The translations under genes and the position numbers were made by a program. DNA of 63,649 nt, the filler included, from Welwitschia mirabilis (lineage: Eukaryota): assembly GCA_051453625.1 (NCBI GenBank). It is 7 parts of one record of this genome, joined end to end, with 100 filler letters (N's around TTAATTAATTAA, not from the genome) between each part and the next. Parts side by side here need not be neighbours in the genome. Positions count along the whole stretch, not along the records: positions 1 to 3,266 come from JBOZIK010000001.1; positions 3,367 to 6,083 come from JBOZIK010000001.1; positions 6,184 to 19,005 come from JBOZIK010000001.1; 4 more parts are not named here. One strand, written 5' to 3'. The notes beneath the pieces are model-generated. The model was not told the origin of the DNA. It made no database searches and saw only the letters and a program-made list of their open reading frames with translations. Shown here piece by piece: positions 1-13,200 of this stretch; the first letter of the stretch is position 1, and each line of letters begins with the position of its first letter.

Positions 1-681
1 AAGTAAAGTTGCAAATAATAAGCGACAACTCGGGAATACATTCTGTAAAACTATGGGAGAACAGTGTCATCCTTCTGGTCATCCAGACGATGGAGGAAAT
101 GATAAAGATTAACAATGAGTTATCTGCTTAGTTTCCAGTTTAACTGTATGTGAACTGCATGTGAAGTCCTGTCAACTGGTTTTGGAGATATCATCCACTA
201 GTGTCATCTAAACGATGGGGTGGACGATGGAGTCTGATAATAAGATCTTCAGTTTGACTACAAGTTATCTTGGAAGAGGTCTATTTGTCACTCAATTGGG
301 GTCATCTTCTTACTTATCATGTGGATCACAGAGGGGATGACATTCTTTTCTTCATCCTTTATCATTGTGATATCTTATTGTGTGCAGGGATAATCATCTG
401 AAAATACAATTTATGCATATCTACATGAAATGCTCGTGAATTATTTGATAAATTGCATGTTTTCATCTTGTTCTCCTAGATTCTCGATTGTCNNNNNNNN
501 NNNNNNNNNNNNNNNNNNNNNNNNNNNNNNNNNNNNNNNNNNNNNNNNNNNNNNNNNNNNNNNNNNNNNNNNNNNNNNNNNNNNNNNNNNNNTGTCATAG
601 GAACTAGGCAATTATCTATTAGTTTATCTACAAAACAACTTAAAATACCCTATCAAATACATCTAAGTTAGCGTCGCAATA
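1..681 (-). mobile_element. Partial LTR of an Athila-like Ty3/gypsy family (family A), running off the window start
   Basis: Reverse complement aligns with 34559-35135. The minus-strand start TATTGCGACGC at 681 matches TATTGCGATGCC at 34559. No PPT on its right, so it is inserted into the neighbouring element. Confidence 0.85.
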
Positions 682-2875
682 GTCATCTGGTTGCGTCATT
701 TGGATAACAGCTCTAAGATGACTATTAGAAAAAATCCTTATGTCATCCTTAGTGTCATCTAGACAACTAGGTAAACAACAAGATTTTAAATAAGTTTGAA
801 AAAGTTAAGACATCAGCCAAACAAGTTAAGCTCAAATATTAACATGAAGGTATTAGAATGTATCAAAAAATGTGAAAAATAGGGAATGGTGAAAAATTGT
901 GATGAATGAAGATGAGGAGGAAAACATAAAAGGATTGAAATATAGGGCAATGAAAAATGCACTAAGTAGGATAAAAGCTATCAAAAAAATTGAATAAATG
1001 TACTTAAACTGATAAATAACCCTAAAATACGTAGAACTCCAAAATACTAAAAAAGAACTCATAAAAATCATGAATAATAAGATATCATTGTCTAATTTAA
1101 ATGCTAAAAGAAAATCAACTTGTTATTAAAAAAATGACATAAATAATAACAAGGAAACTACTAAATGATAAGGTCCTACATATGAATAAAAAAGTATGAA
1201 AATTACTTTGAAATAATAAACTTAAGAATCAAAGAAAAAAAGAACAAAAATGAACACTAGAAATATAAAGAAGATGATTATATACCCCAAATTCTAACCT
1301 AGAAAACTCCATTAGAAGATATTATAGGGCCACCTAAGTAAAAATGTACAATAAAACATATCGACTTTATAAAGTTCCATTTGATAAGGTAGTGATTATG
1401 ATGATACCAAAGATTAAATGCTTAGAACAATGAATGATAAGATTAAAAGATGTTCAGAAATGAACTCACATACTCACACCCCAAAACACACCTGAATCCT
1501 CAAAAGTGAAATGATCATCTGAGAATACTAAAATTCCAAGAAATAAGCAATCTCTTTGATAACATAAGAAACACCACTGATCCTATAGTCTTAAAGTTTT
1601 ATTACTACTTCTCATAATAAGGGGAGCGTAGCCANNNNNNNNNNNNNNNNNNNNNNNNNNNNNNNNNNNNNNNNNNNNNNNNNNNNNNNNNNNNNNNNNN
1701 NNNNNNNNNNNNNNNNNNNNNNNNNNNNNNNNNNCTAAAAGAAAATCAACTTGTTATTAAAAGAAATGATATAAATAATAACAAGGAAACCATTGAATTA
1801 TAAGATCCTAGATGTGGATGAAAAAGTATGGAAATGACTTTAAAACAGCAAACTAAAGAACCATAGAAAAGCAAAACAAAAACAGACATAAGGAACATGA
1901 AGAAGATAGCTTATCTACTTTAAATTCTAACCTAGCAAACTCCCCTGGAAGACATCATAAAGCCAGCTGAGTAAAAATGAATGACAAAATGTATCGATTT
2001 CCTAAAGTTCCATTTGATAAGGTAGTGATTATGATAATACCAAAGATCAAATTCTTAATGAATGATAAGATCAAAAGATGCTAAGAAATGAACTCACCTG
2101 CTTACATCTCAAAACACNNNNNNNNNNTGATCACGTAAGAATACTCAGAGTCTAGGACACAAGCAATGCCTTGATGACATCAGGAACACCAGTGAGTCCA
2201 TAGCCTCGAAGTTTTATTACTACTTTTTATGATGAGGGGAGTGTAGCCACAGTCAGAGAAATAAGGACCCACGAAGCATGACCAACTGATCCCCTAATGG
2301 AGTTCCTATAGCTACTAGCACTACCAAAGGTTCCTTTCAGAAAAATTTACCCTGATGTGGTAGGACATTATGGTGACCATGTATTTTAGCACAGATACAA
2401 TTGATCATGGTCATTATTCTCTCTTTCTTTTTTTCCCTGAAACAAATAATTCCCACATGATCGTATACTCAAAAAGACGAAGGTAAATAAGTGAGATGAA
2501 AGACAGAAAAGAATACACCTAAATAACCAAAGACCTCATACTATTTAAAAAAAAGCATAAGAACCAAGGAATCTTCCTTTAACATGAAGTTCATAGATAT
2601 GTAAATGTCTTAAGATTGGGTGAATCCAATCTCATCACTGTAAGAATGCCCAAGTACGAATACTAGTCATGGAGACTTCATAAAGTAAACATATAAGTCA
2701 AGTTTAAAAAATAATTAAGTGATATTATAACATCCACCAAAATAATAAGCTAAAAGAGAATTNNNNNNNNNNNNNNNNNNNNNNNNNNNNNNNNNNNNNN
2801 NNNNNNNNNNNNNNNNNNNNNNNNNNNNNNNNNNNNNNNNNNNNNNNNNNNNNNNNNNNNNNAGATCATGGTTAT

Positions 2876-2908
<33 letters not shown>

Positions 2909-3266
2909 ATAAAACCAAATAATTTCCACATGATTACACACTCAAAAAGACAAAAATGAATAAGTGAGATGAAAGACAGAAAAGAACACACTTGAACAAC
3001 CAAAGACCTCATACTATTGAAAAAAAAGCATAAGAACTAAGGCATATTTCTTTAAAATGAAGTTCATAGATATGTGAATGTCTTAAGATTAGATGAATCT
3101 AATCTTATTACTATAAAAATGCCCAAGTAACTTCATGAAGCAAACACATAAGTTAAGTTTAAAAAATGATTAAATGACATCATAACATCCATAAAAGGAA
3201 TAGTCTTAGAGATAATTTAGATAATGATAGGTGGAAGTACTCTTTACTAAGAGAAATATTCAAAAC
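682..3266 (-). mobile_element. Athila-like 3' non-coding (post-integrase) region, assembled as overlapping divergent copies
   Basis: Aligns with 50700-51750 of the complete element and with the reverse complement of 36489-38100. Segments are duplicated across the gaps at 1635-1734 and 2763-2862. Confidence 0.75.
2879..2907. repeat. (TC)n microsatellite
   Basis: About 14 TC units; the paralogous copy near 2418 has only a short tract. Confidence 0.9.
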
Positions 3267-3366
3267 NNNNNNNNNNNNNNNNNNNNNNNNNNNNNNNNNN
3301 NNNNNNNNNNTTAATTAATTAANNNNNNNNNNNNNNNNNNNNNNNNNNNNNNNNNNNNNNNNNNNN
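3267..3366. other. Artificial scaffold linker 44N-TTAATTAATTAA-44N (also at 6084-6183, 19006-19105, 36389-36488, 52591-52690, 58348-58447)
   Basis: The same 12-mer sits centred in exactly 100 positions six times, and it gives TAA in all six frames. Confidence 0.97.
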
Positions 3367-6083
3367 ATATCAGAAAAAATACCCATCATTAAATTTTAAA
3401 AGGTATTAGGAGCATTGCAAAGTCCAAAAGGCATATGTCTAAAAGTCAAAGTTCTAAAAGGTAAAGTAAAAGAGTTTTAACCTGATTATCATTAGCATTA
3501 CAAACCTATTTTAACTATTATACCCATTAAGAAAGTAATAAAAAACATGTCCTTAGATTCTATCAAGTATTTGATCAAGAAAAGGTAAAGGATAATTGTC
3601 TTTCTTGGTTACTACATCTAATTTTCTAAAATTATTACATATTCTCCACTTCCCATCTGTCTTATGTACTACTGTCAAAGGGTTAACCCACCTACTATCA
3701 GCTATGGCATAAATAATTTCAACATCCATTAATTTAATAATTTCATTTTTTACAACTTGTTTAAGGGCTAGATTTATTCTACGTTGGGGTTGCTTAATAT
3801 GTTTTACATTATTCTCAAGGTAGATTTTATGTTAAACAATGGAGGTAGGAATGGTTGCTAAATCTTTATGGAACCAAGCAAATGTATTAACCTTGGATTT
3901 TAAAAGTGAGACTAAACTTAACTCTTATTGAGGGGAAAGATTCTTGTTTATTATCAAAGGTCTGTTCTAATTATCACATAGAAATATATATTTTAGTTCA
4001 CTGGTAAAGGTTTGAGATTTAAATTTAGATTTTTATTTTCTGTTGAATTTTTTTCAAAGTTGATTGTCATCCTAAACTGTCATCTGAATGATAGAAATGG
4101 ACAATCTTTTTCAAATAAGAAATCTTGGTTTTGTTTAGATTTTTGAATTCTGCACAATTTATAGTTTTATTTTTTCTACTCTCTTAATCAAAATAGTTAG
4201 TTTCTAAATTCTCTTAGTTAAGTTGATCATTATTAAAAGGTTTTAAGTTTTCTACTTCAAGTCAATCATTAAATAAGATTGGCTCATGAAGCATTAACCT
4301 TCTTTCCTTAAGTAGATGATGCTGTAAAAATAAACTAGATTTAATCTCTTCTTCAACATTCAACTCATAACCTAAATCCTTTTCAGTAGCATCAACTATC
4401 TTAATGGTAAACTTTTTATTTCCTAAGTGATATTCCATCATTATAGTTCTAGTATTGATAATACAATGGGATATTATACAAAAAGCTCTATCTAAAAGTA
4501 ATGGATAATATCCATTATGCTTAACTTCAATTACAATTACATCTATAGGATAGAATGATTTTTTAATTTGAATTACCAAATATTTGATTACCCTTAAAAA
4601 TTTCTTTACTGATGTATTATCTAATTCTAAAACAATCCTTATAGGCTTAATTCTACTTTCCAAACCAAGTCATTAACAAATGTGTAGATGCATAATATTA
4701 AAACTTGCTTCTATATCAATTAAGGTTTTCTTTATTCTATTATTTCCTTTTAAAGTAACACTGACTATTGTTGCCCTATGATTTTTAAACTTTGGACATT
4801 TTTGTAAAACTAAGTTGGTTATAAACTGAGCTAGGAAGACTTTACTAGGTATAGTTTATTTTTCTTTCCTCTTAATTAGATCTCCCAAAACTTAGAACAT
4901 TTAGGATTTTCTTATAAAAGTTTCCAAATTGGTAAATTTATGCTTATATTTTACATTAAGGCTTTAAGATATTCATCAAAGGTAGGATTTGTGTTTAGTC
5001 TATCAAGCCAAGCAGTAGTAGGTTTCTTACCTTTAGCTTGAGAAAAATTTTTCTTATTATCATTTAAAGGAGAAGGAAAAGTATGATTTTCTAAGATTTT
5101 AATATCTTCTTCTTCATCGTCATTTTTATAATTTTGGGATGTTGAAGCCTCATCGGTAGGAGGTATCATATTATTTCCACTTCTTATCACAAGCTTATAA
5201 TCCTTTTTTACTTTATTAGGATTTGGTAAAGGTTGTGTTGTAATTAACCCTTATGGTATTTGATAAGCAAGCATAGTTTATTGAAGAACATTAACAAGAT
5301 TTTCAATGTCTTTATTTGTCTTCTCTTAAGATTTTCTAAATTCATAAATGAATTTTCTAAGGGCATCATTTTCATTTTATGAATTTGATATGCTTGCTTG
5401 ACAATTTAAGTTGCTTGGTTAGAAGTTTGAGTTATTTGTTTAGAAGTTAGCATTCTCAATCTATTTTTAAATGGTTGAAAATTGGGATGATTTGCTTAAA
5501 AGTTCTTAAATTTGTTCTCAAAAGATTAAAGGTTTGGTTATCCATTCATCTTAAGTTGAAATTGGTTTTGATTTGGTTTTGATTTTGGTTTTGATTTTTA
5601 AAGTTTGAAGACCTTTGATTAAATGCATACATCTCTTCATAAATATTCTCTTTGTAAGTTGATAATAAAGGATGATCTTTTGTTACATGGTAGTTATATT
5701 CACAAAAATTACAAGTTGGAATCATAACCACATTTTTTTTAGTTACTACATCAGCATCTAAGATCATTTAAGGTATTTTTCTAGTGTTGTAATGAAATCC
5801 TTAATAACATTTATTGGTTCTTTCTATGTTTTTACTTCCTCCTTTTTTTGTTTAACCTCTTTAAGGACTTTTATAATTTGGCCTATTGTATAATTTTCTT
5901 TAAGTTTGGTTTAGGCTATATTTGACTTACTTCTACTAGCTCTTTCAATACCTTTCATGCAATTTTTATAGTGGACTTAATAGCCAAACCAAATAACTTT
6001 TAGATTTTTCATTTTACTTCCTCCTTTTTTTGTTTAATCTCTTTAAGCACTTTTATAATTTGGACTATTGTACAATTTTATTT
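3367..6083 (-). pseudogene. Decayed Ty3/gypsy gag C-terminus, aspartic protease and N-terminal half of RT
   Basis: Minus-strand translation gives Zn-knuckle-like CNFCEYNYHVTKDHP (about 5670-5715), protease KTLIDIEASFNIM (about 4690-4730) plus ORF 4262-4663, and RT QPQRRINLALKQVVKNEIIKL..WVNPLTVVHKTDGKWRIC..KKDNYPLPFLDQILDRI..MPFGLCNAPNTF. Many stops and frameshifts. Confidence 0.92.
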
Positions 6084-6183
6084 NNNNNNNNNNNNNNNNN
6101 NNNNNNNNNNNNNNNNNNNNNNNNNNNTTAATTAATTAANNNNNNNNNNNNNNNNNNNNNNNNNNNNNNNNNNNNNNNNNNNN

Positions 6184-6999
6184 CAAAGGCTACCCTCATG
6201 ATCTATATCACTAAAGAAGCTATTACAGAATCAAAAGCAACATAAACCATAAGGGACATGCACAAAATAAAAGATATAAAAACAAAAATAGAGTTTTGAT
6301 TAAAAGCGAACCAACATCCTTGTTACAAAGAAGCAACACCTCAATGAAGGATACATAGCCAAACACCAAGGAAGATATCTCTCTGCAATGACAATAAATG
6401 GACCTCTAGCCCTATGATCTCTTATCATAATAATTTCTGGTGAAAACAAAGATGAAAATGGAGTCGAAGGTAAAGGAGGTATTTATTACAAATAGATTCT
6501 AAAATTAGAAAAGACTAATAGATGCATGAATAACCCTAACAACCATGCAAGAAAGTATGAGACAAATGATAAGATTTTGCTAAAGTTTAGTAAACCATTT
6601 TTATCTTAGGTGTTATCCTTCTAGTTATCCAGACATCATAGGAGATGATGACATCTCATAAGAGTTTCACATCAGCTACTAGATTGTTTCATTCGGCATC
6701 CTTCTTAGCTTAAGTATTTTTGTCGTCCATACAGTCATCTAGACAATGAGGTAGGCGATAGGTTTTTTAAATTATTTTATGTGTTGGATTAGCCTTTTTG
6801 ATTATAGAACTGTTGTTTTAAATAGAAAGTATGTCAAATGGCTTTAAATGCAATGCTGTCAAATTTAATGAAGATTGCATGTTTCCATAACATTTGTCTT
6901 AACTTTTCATTATCATCGAAACTCAGCATAAAGTTGTTTAGTGTCCTACAAAACTAATAAAAATACCCTATCAAATAAATACAATTTGGTAGCACAAGA
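6184..6999 (-). mobile_element. Athila-like LTR, probably the 5' LTR of the 3367-6083 element (3' part lost in gap)
   Basis: Homologous to LTRs at 56349-57430 and 34559-35761 (shared aaataccctatcaaata and caccaaggaa motifs). The minus-strand start TCTTGTGCTACC at 6999 resembles the TGTTG family start. Confidence 0.75.
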
Positions 7000-7029
7000 A
7001 GTACTAAAAATATAAAGTGCGTACAGGTT

Positions 7030-8320
7030 TAAAAACACTACACCACATTTATGGTGCATACATAAAAGTCTTGGAAACCATATAGTACTAATAATCTATG
7101 GTGTATACATAAAAGTATTGAAAACTATACAATACTAATAATCTATGATGCATATGAGTCCTGAAAACCATATACTACTAGCAAACTATGATGGGTGCAA
7201 GTGCTAGAAAACATATAATACTAATAATCTATGATGACTATAGAACTTAATAGTCTTAGAAGTCATCATAATCTATGGGTGAACCTAATACAATTTGTAC
7301 TTGAGCATACAAGTCTTAAAAATCATATGATATTAACAATCTATGGGTAATATTTGCCATACCTAGCTCAATTTTATACTTATGTGCTAAGTGAAAATGG
7401 TATTAGATGATAAAAGTAACCCATACATTACCATACAAGGTGTGTATGTTTAGTAAAAATGATAATAGATAATACAAGTGACTCATACATTAAAATACTA
7501 GCTTAGATATAAACTATGTGTATATCTAACATTTGGCTAAGTGATATGTATTAGTACTGCCTTATGGGCTAGGTATAAGCATTGATCAATAGTAACTACC
7601 ATTGATCATTTATATTAAAAATCTAAGATGCATATAAGTCTTAAAAACCATATGCTACAGCTATGGTGCATACATGCAAGTCTTGAAAACCATATAATAA
7701 CATAGTTTGTGGTGCATACAAGTTTTAAAGACCACACATTATAGTTATGTTGCATACATAAAAGCTTTAGAAATCATGAAATATTGAAATCTATGGTGCA
7801 TACAAGTCTTGAAAACTATATACCACCTCTGTGACGTATATGCATAAGTCTTGAAAACCATACACTACTAATAATCTATAGTGCATACATAGGAGAGATA
7901 GAAACCATATAGTACTAATAATTTATGGTGCATATAGATCTTGGAAATCATCCACTACTAAAAATTTGTAATGAATACAAATGATAGAAACCATATAGTA
8001 CTTACAATCTATGATGGCTATGAAACCTACTTGTCTTAAAACCCATAATCTATGGATGAAATTAACACCATGCACATGTAAGTCTTATGAATCATAATCT
8101 ATAGGAAAATGTAATACCATTTTCACATGAGAATACAAGTCTTGAAAATCATATGATATTAATAATCTATGGATAATACCTAATAGAAGTAGCCTAGTTG
8201 TATACTTGTGTGCTTTGTGAAAATAGTATTAGGTGGTACAAGTATCCCATGCATCATCATAAAAGACTTGTATGCTTCGTGTAAGTTGTAAAAGATAATA
8301 CAAGTAATCATACATTACTA
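7030..8320. repeat. Degenerate composite minisatellite (about 44-46 bp and about 60 bp units) with higher-order duplication
   Basis: Repeated aagtcttgaaaaccatatagtactaataatctatggtgcatac units, followed by gtgaaaatggtattaggtgatacaagt..catacattaccat units. Block 7040-7630 is reiterated in 7630-8460. Confidence 0.85.
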
Positions 8321-8321
8321 A

Positions 8322-8687
8322 ACTAGCTTATATAAATACTATGAACATATATAATATTTAGTAGAGTTATATTTATTAGTACTACCTTACGGGAGAGGGT
8401 ATAACCATTAACCAAGAGTAACTACTATTGACTATTAATATTGACCTTAGATTAAGGAAGAGCAGATCGCTCACCACATAGTCAATGTGAGAAAAGTGTT
8501 GACTATTTGGTTAAAGGTTAACCTTGATTATATGATGAGTGACCTACATTTGCTTAATCTAAAAGTTAACATAAATGATCAGTAGTACTTTCTATTAATC
8601 AATACTTGTACCTAACCCATAAAGTAGTACTACTAGATATCACTCAGCTAAATGTTAGATATATACATAGTGTATATCTAAGCTAGT
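8322..8687. repeat. Long imperfect inverted repeat (about 165 bp arms, about 32 bp loop)
   Basis: 8322-8488 (actagctta..ttagattaaggaagagcagatcgctcaccacatagtcaatgt) is the reverse complement of 8521-8687. A third, partial arm copy lies at 7497-7627. Confidence 0.85.
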
Positions 8688-9134
8688 GATTATGAGATAC
8701 TGATGTAAGTTATGAAATATCATGAAAATATCATGAACATACATTTTCAAACAATGTATTTTATGTCACAGAAACAAATAAAATTATATATTATGTAATT
8801 TTTTTAAAATTCAAAAATTATGAAAGAGTTTTTTCATATTTTGCATAGTTAAATAATGGCATCCATTCTATATGAAGTGGAATTTTTAGATACTAAGTTG
8901 CTATCATTGTATTACATGCATGTTCTTCATGTATGTCATGGCTTTGTTTCATCTTCTTATAGACCTTTTTAGATACATTGTTATGAATATCCTATTACTT
9001 TCAATTAAGGAAAGTCATTGTAACATGTGGCATATTTTCGTAGCTTAAATATCATAATCTACTATAGAATCCATTATCAATAATTTGTATGCTAAAATGG
9101 CTAGCTTGTTATGATCTTTATCTTATAATATATT

Positions 9135-10165
9135 TATTGGCATGTCAATGTATCATTGTACCTCCTGGTTATCCAATGATAAAAAAAACTAAATGCAACA
9201 TGAATTGAAACTAATAATGTATCTAATTGTGTAGGAAATCATGAAACGCAAGGGGATAAGATAAATGTAAAAACATTAACTATCATGATTGAAGATTGAA
9301 AAAGAGCTTAAAGGAGTAGAAAAGAGTCAACCCATAATAGATAGGAGGCCAATCACACATTAAAGCTATAATTAAAGATTTTAATAGTAGGATGGTTACA
9401 TAACGTTAGGAGTTAACTACCTGATAACTTTGGTAAGAAAACATGATATCAACTAGTAAGGTAAAGGTAAGCGAATAGTAGTTAATAATTTGATTATATA
9501 GATTCATTAGTAGGTTGATTAGTTACTAAAAGAAGGTCATCCCTAAGGCTCTCAAGTTTTGACATTCATAACTATTGAACAGTCAACTTGACAATTGTGA
9601 TGACTATTAAAAGAATTTCTAGTTATTTTAATTTATCCCAATGACTATAACATTAGCAAAATACTCTAATAACAATAAGAAATAAGTTCTTTATATATAA
9701 TAAGCATTTTAATACTAGTATCAACTTTTTCATCTTTTTGGTTTTCTAGATGATTGACACTTAATTATTCTACTTGCATATGCAAATTAAAAAATTATCA
9801 ACTCTAATCTATACTCTTAACTCTCTAATGACCTCTTTTTTACAATCACAATTTCATTATATTAATTGGAAATTGAAGCATTATAATGTGGTAAGCTTTA
9901 AGTTGAGGATAGTCATAATATCATGTTGTATTAGTAGAAGACTATTATAAAGTCTTATTTGTAGTATGAAGTGCTAAAGCATTCCTTGTAAAGGAAAAAA
10001 ACTTGTTTTTCTATTTTTTATGTTTGTTATTTCTTCATTTAACCTTTTACATTACTAATTATTTTAAAGGATAGCTATTGTACACACATTTTTCAAAACA
10101 AGTAAAAAATTATTAATAAATTCCCTATTCATCACTTTCCTTTAAATAAGATAATACTTGATTTT
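9135..10165 (+). mobile_element. Probable 5' LTR of a Ty1/copia (SIRE-like) element
   Basis: Starts TATTGG (decayed TGTTGG), carries repeated decayed gtcgac-like palindromes and ends near a ctattcatcac..cc motif just upstream of copia gag. PBS not recognisable, so the right boundary is approximate. Confidence 0.5.
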
Positions 10166-10227
10166 AGATCTTTTGGTACTCTTTAGTTTTTTCTTATTGA
10201 TGTTTGTGTGTGTTTTCTTCAAGTAAA

Positions 10228-13200
10228 TGAATAGTTAGCATACCAAGAATCCACCATATTTTAATAGTGACAATTATAAGTTCTAAAAATCAAAGATGAG
10301 GATCTTCATAAAGGTAACAAGATTTAACTATTAGAACATCATGTAAGAATGAAGTAGATATTCTATTTGTCAAATAAAGAAGAAAAGAAAGCAAAGTTGA
10401 GAATGACAATTCTATGTTTAAAAAATGGCGATAAGTGCTCTCTATTATGCTCTTAACATGGATGATTTCAAGAATATTGGAAACCTAAATGTAATAAAAG
10501 ATATATGGGATCATCTACACATAACATATGAAGGTACAAGTCAAATTAAAAATACTAAGAAGTAGATGCTAATGTGAAAATATGAGAAAATACATATAAA
10601 AGATGATGAGAGTTTTACAGAGTTTAACAGTAAGCTTATGAATATTGAAGACAGTTTATGGGAACTAAAAGAACTACTTCCTTTTAAACTAAATAGTAAA
10701 AAATATTTTAAGATCTCTTTCCAAGGCATATCAAACTAAAGTTAATTTCAATTAAAGGTATAAAGGATCTCAAGACCATTGAACTAGAAGAATTGGTGAG
10801 TGATATCTTGACTTTTTAGATGTGTCATCTTCATAGAGGTAACAAGGAAAAAGGTAAATATATGAATTTGAATATTAAGAATTCTTATACTTCTAAATCT
10901 AAACATAGAAATGATAGTGATAGTTCTTCTTCATATGAATATAATTCTAATTCTAATTATAACATTGATGAATAACTTATCTTATTTATCAAAAGATCTA
11001 AAAATTTATTTCTAGGAATAGAAATATGGAGTCTAGATTTAAAGAAAAATAGAAGAAAATCAAAAGTGTATCCAATGCTACACTTTCAAAGGTTTTGAAA
11101 TATCAAGAAAAGTAAGGAGACATGTAACATGGCAACTTGAGATAGTGACAGAGATTTAGATACTAAAGCTTGTTAAGAAAAAAGGTTATCCTTAATGGCT
11201 TTTACTTTTAATAAAATTTCTTTATTCTTCAAGTTAGATAATAGTGCCTTATTTAATTCATTCATGTCAACTAAGATATAAAATGATGATAATTTAGATG
11301 ACAAAAATGATTCATTTAATGGTAGCAATTAAATTGTTGATCAAAATGAGAATATGGTAAGTGATGATGAGGAAGATTGGTTCTTACGCCTAAAAAGTAA
11401 ACAATCTAAAGAAGATCAACAAAACCTATAACATGAGGATGTAAATTTAAATGACAAGAACAAAACTTTGATGAAAGAAGTATTTGAAGAAAGAAAAAAT
11501 ATTCTAAAAAAAATGTTTAGTTAAAGGTAGTTATAAGAAATGCAAAGGAAAAAAAGGAAAAAGTAGATACAAAATTGATTAAAACCAAAGAGAATCTAAG
11601 TGAAATCACTCCTTAGTATGAGAATGATATCAAATACATTTAAGAAGTATCCAAAGATAGAGAAGGTAAATGTAAATTCTTATTAGATAAAATTAGGGAT
11701 TTACAACATATTATATTAACATTTCATATAGGTTTAAAGTTTCTTAGAAATGATGCTTGTTAGATAGGAGGCTTCAAATGCTAAAAGTGAACTTAAATAT
11801 TTATCTTCTCTAACTTACATCTTTGTACCAATTATTTACACATCTTTAAATGCTCATTGTAATCTACCTTTATCAAAGTCTCCTGTTCATGTTGAAATCT
11901 ACCTATGCTTGTATTTATTATTAATATAAGATAAATAGCAAGACCACCCTAGGGATACAAATCTTGCATGGCCAAATTCAACTTTTACTAAGAATACTAG
12001 GACTTTCATTTATAGTATAATCCAAGTGTTGTTCTTCCATAAGGATAGATTATGAAAGGTATGAGTAAAGCAAGCACAATAGTGATGACTAATAAAGAGT
12101 GAAATGATATGAGAGATTTAGGAATGGAAATAGCATTCAAAATAATATAATAACTAAAAAAAGCATATATACTAAAGTGAAATCATGTATATTTTACTTC
12201 CAACTTAAGCATGATGATATAATGCATCATAAATATAAGTGCTCATGTAGTCCAAGCTCAAGCATAATGGCATAATATAATCCATAACAAATATAAGAGT
12301 GATATAACCTAGCTACTTAGTATTCATAGAAGGAATAAAATAAGCATGGAAAATAGGGGTCTCTTAAGATCCATCAAATAAATGTTTAGGTTATATAAGA
12401 TAGAATGCAAAGAAGAATAATCAAATAGATCTTAAAGTAAAAGCATATCTCAGCCAATCCTAAGCATAACAAGTATAATATTCATAAGTTAATATTAAAA
12501 TAATGAACCAAGAAAATGTAACACTTTATATTCTAAAAACTAAAAGAATACAATCTAGAAATGTACTCATGCTAAAACAAAAAGCATCATGCTATTTTGT
12601 TAGCTAGCCCATTCCTATGGAAGGCTTAGAAAGAACTCATGACTAAATTTCCAATCTCTTTGACAATTATCTCATATTAAGTTCTCTAAAAATGAAGAGA
12701 GGTAGGGTATTTATAGGCTACAATTATATTTTATAACTAGGATTTAAAGGCCTAACAGGTTTATTTTAAATAATGCCTAAATTGTAAGGATTTATTCTTT
12801 AGTCATGGGGTCAATTTAAAGGGTCTTCTTAGAAAATATTCCTTGTTCATCTTTTATTTGTAAAAATGATAATTTCTTGTACAAAGAGAACTCAAGAATG
12901 TAAGTGTTATATTGTTTTGATTAAAGTAACTAGAGCTGCTATGCTTAGGATTGATGACACCATCAATTATGTTTATCACACCTGCATCTTCTACCATAAT
13001 TCTCCTAATGAAATGTTTATCCTGTAAAATGATAGTGTTAAGATAGATTACTAGTAAAATAGGATTTCCATGGCCTTAAGCATAACAAATGCATGAAATA
13101 ATCATGATAATTAATTAAACATGATAACAAGGCCTTAATTCCTTGATATAAATGTCATTTTTTTCATGTTATCATCTTCAAATTAGATGATACCCAATCT

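Noticed and set aside
2150..2400. Hammerhead ribozyme / retrozyme in the conserved GC-rich block
   Set aside because: I could not find a correctly arranged CTGANGA..GAAA core with flanking stems.
7030..8320. Regularly spaced repeats resembling a CRISPR array
   Set aside because: Units are degenerate along their whole length with no unique spacers, there are no cas genes, and the context is plant retrotransposon DNA.
8700..9130. Possible DNA-transposase fragment next to the foldback
   Set aside because: The translations I tried give no recognisable motif and many stops; left unassigned.
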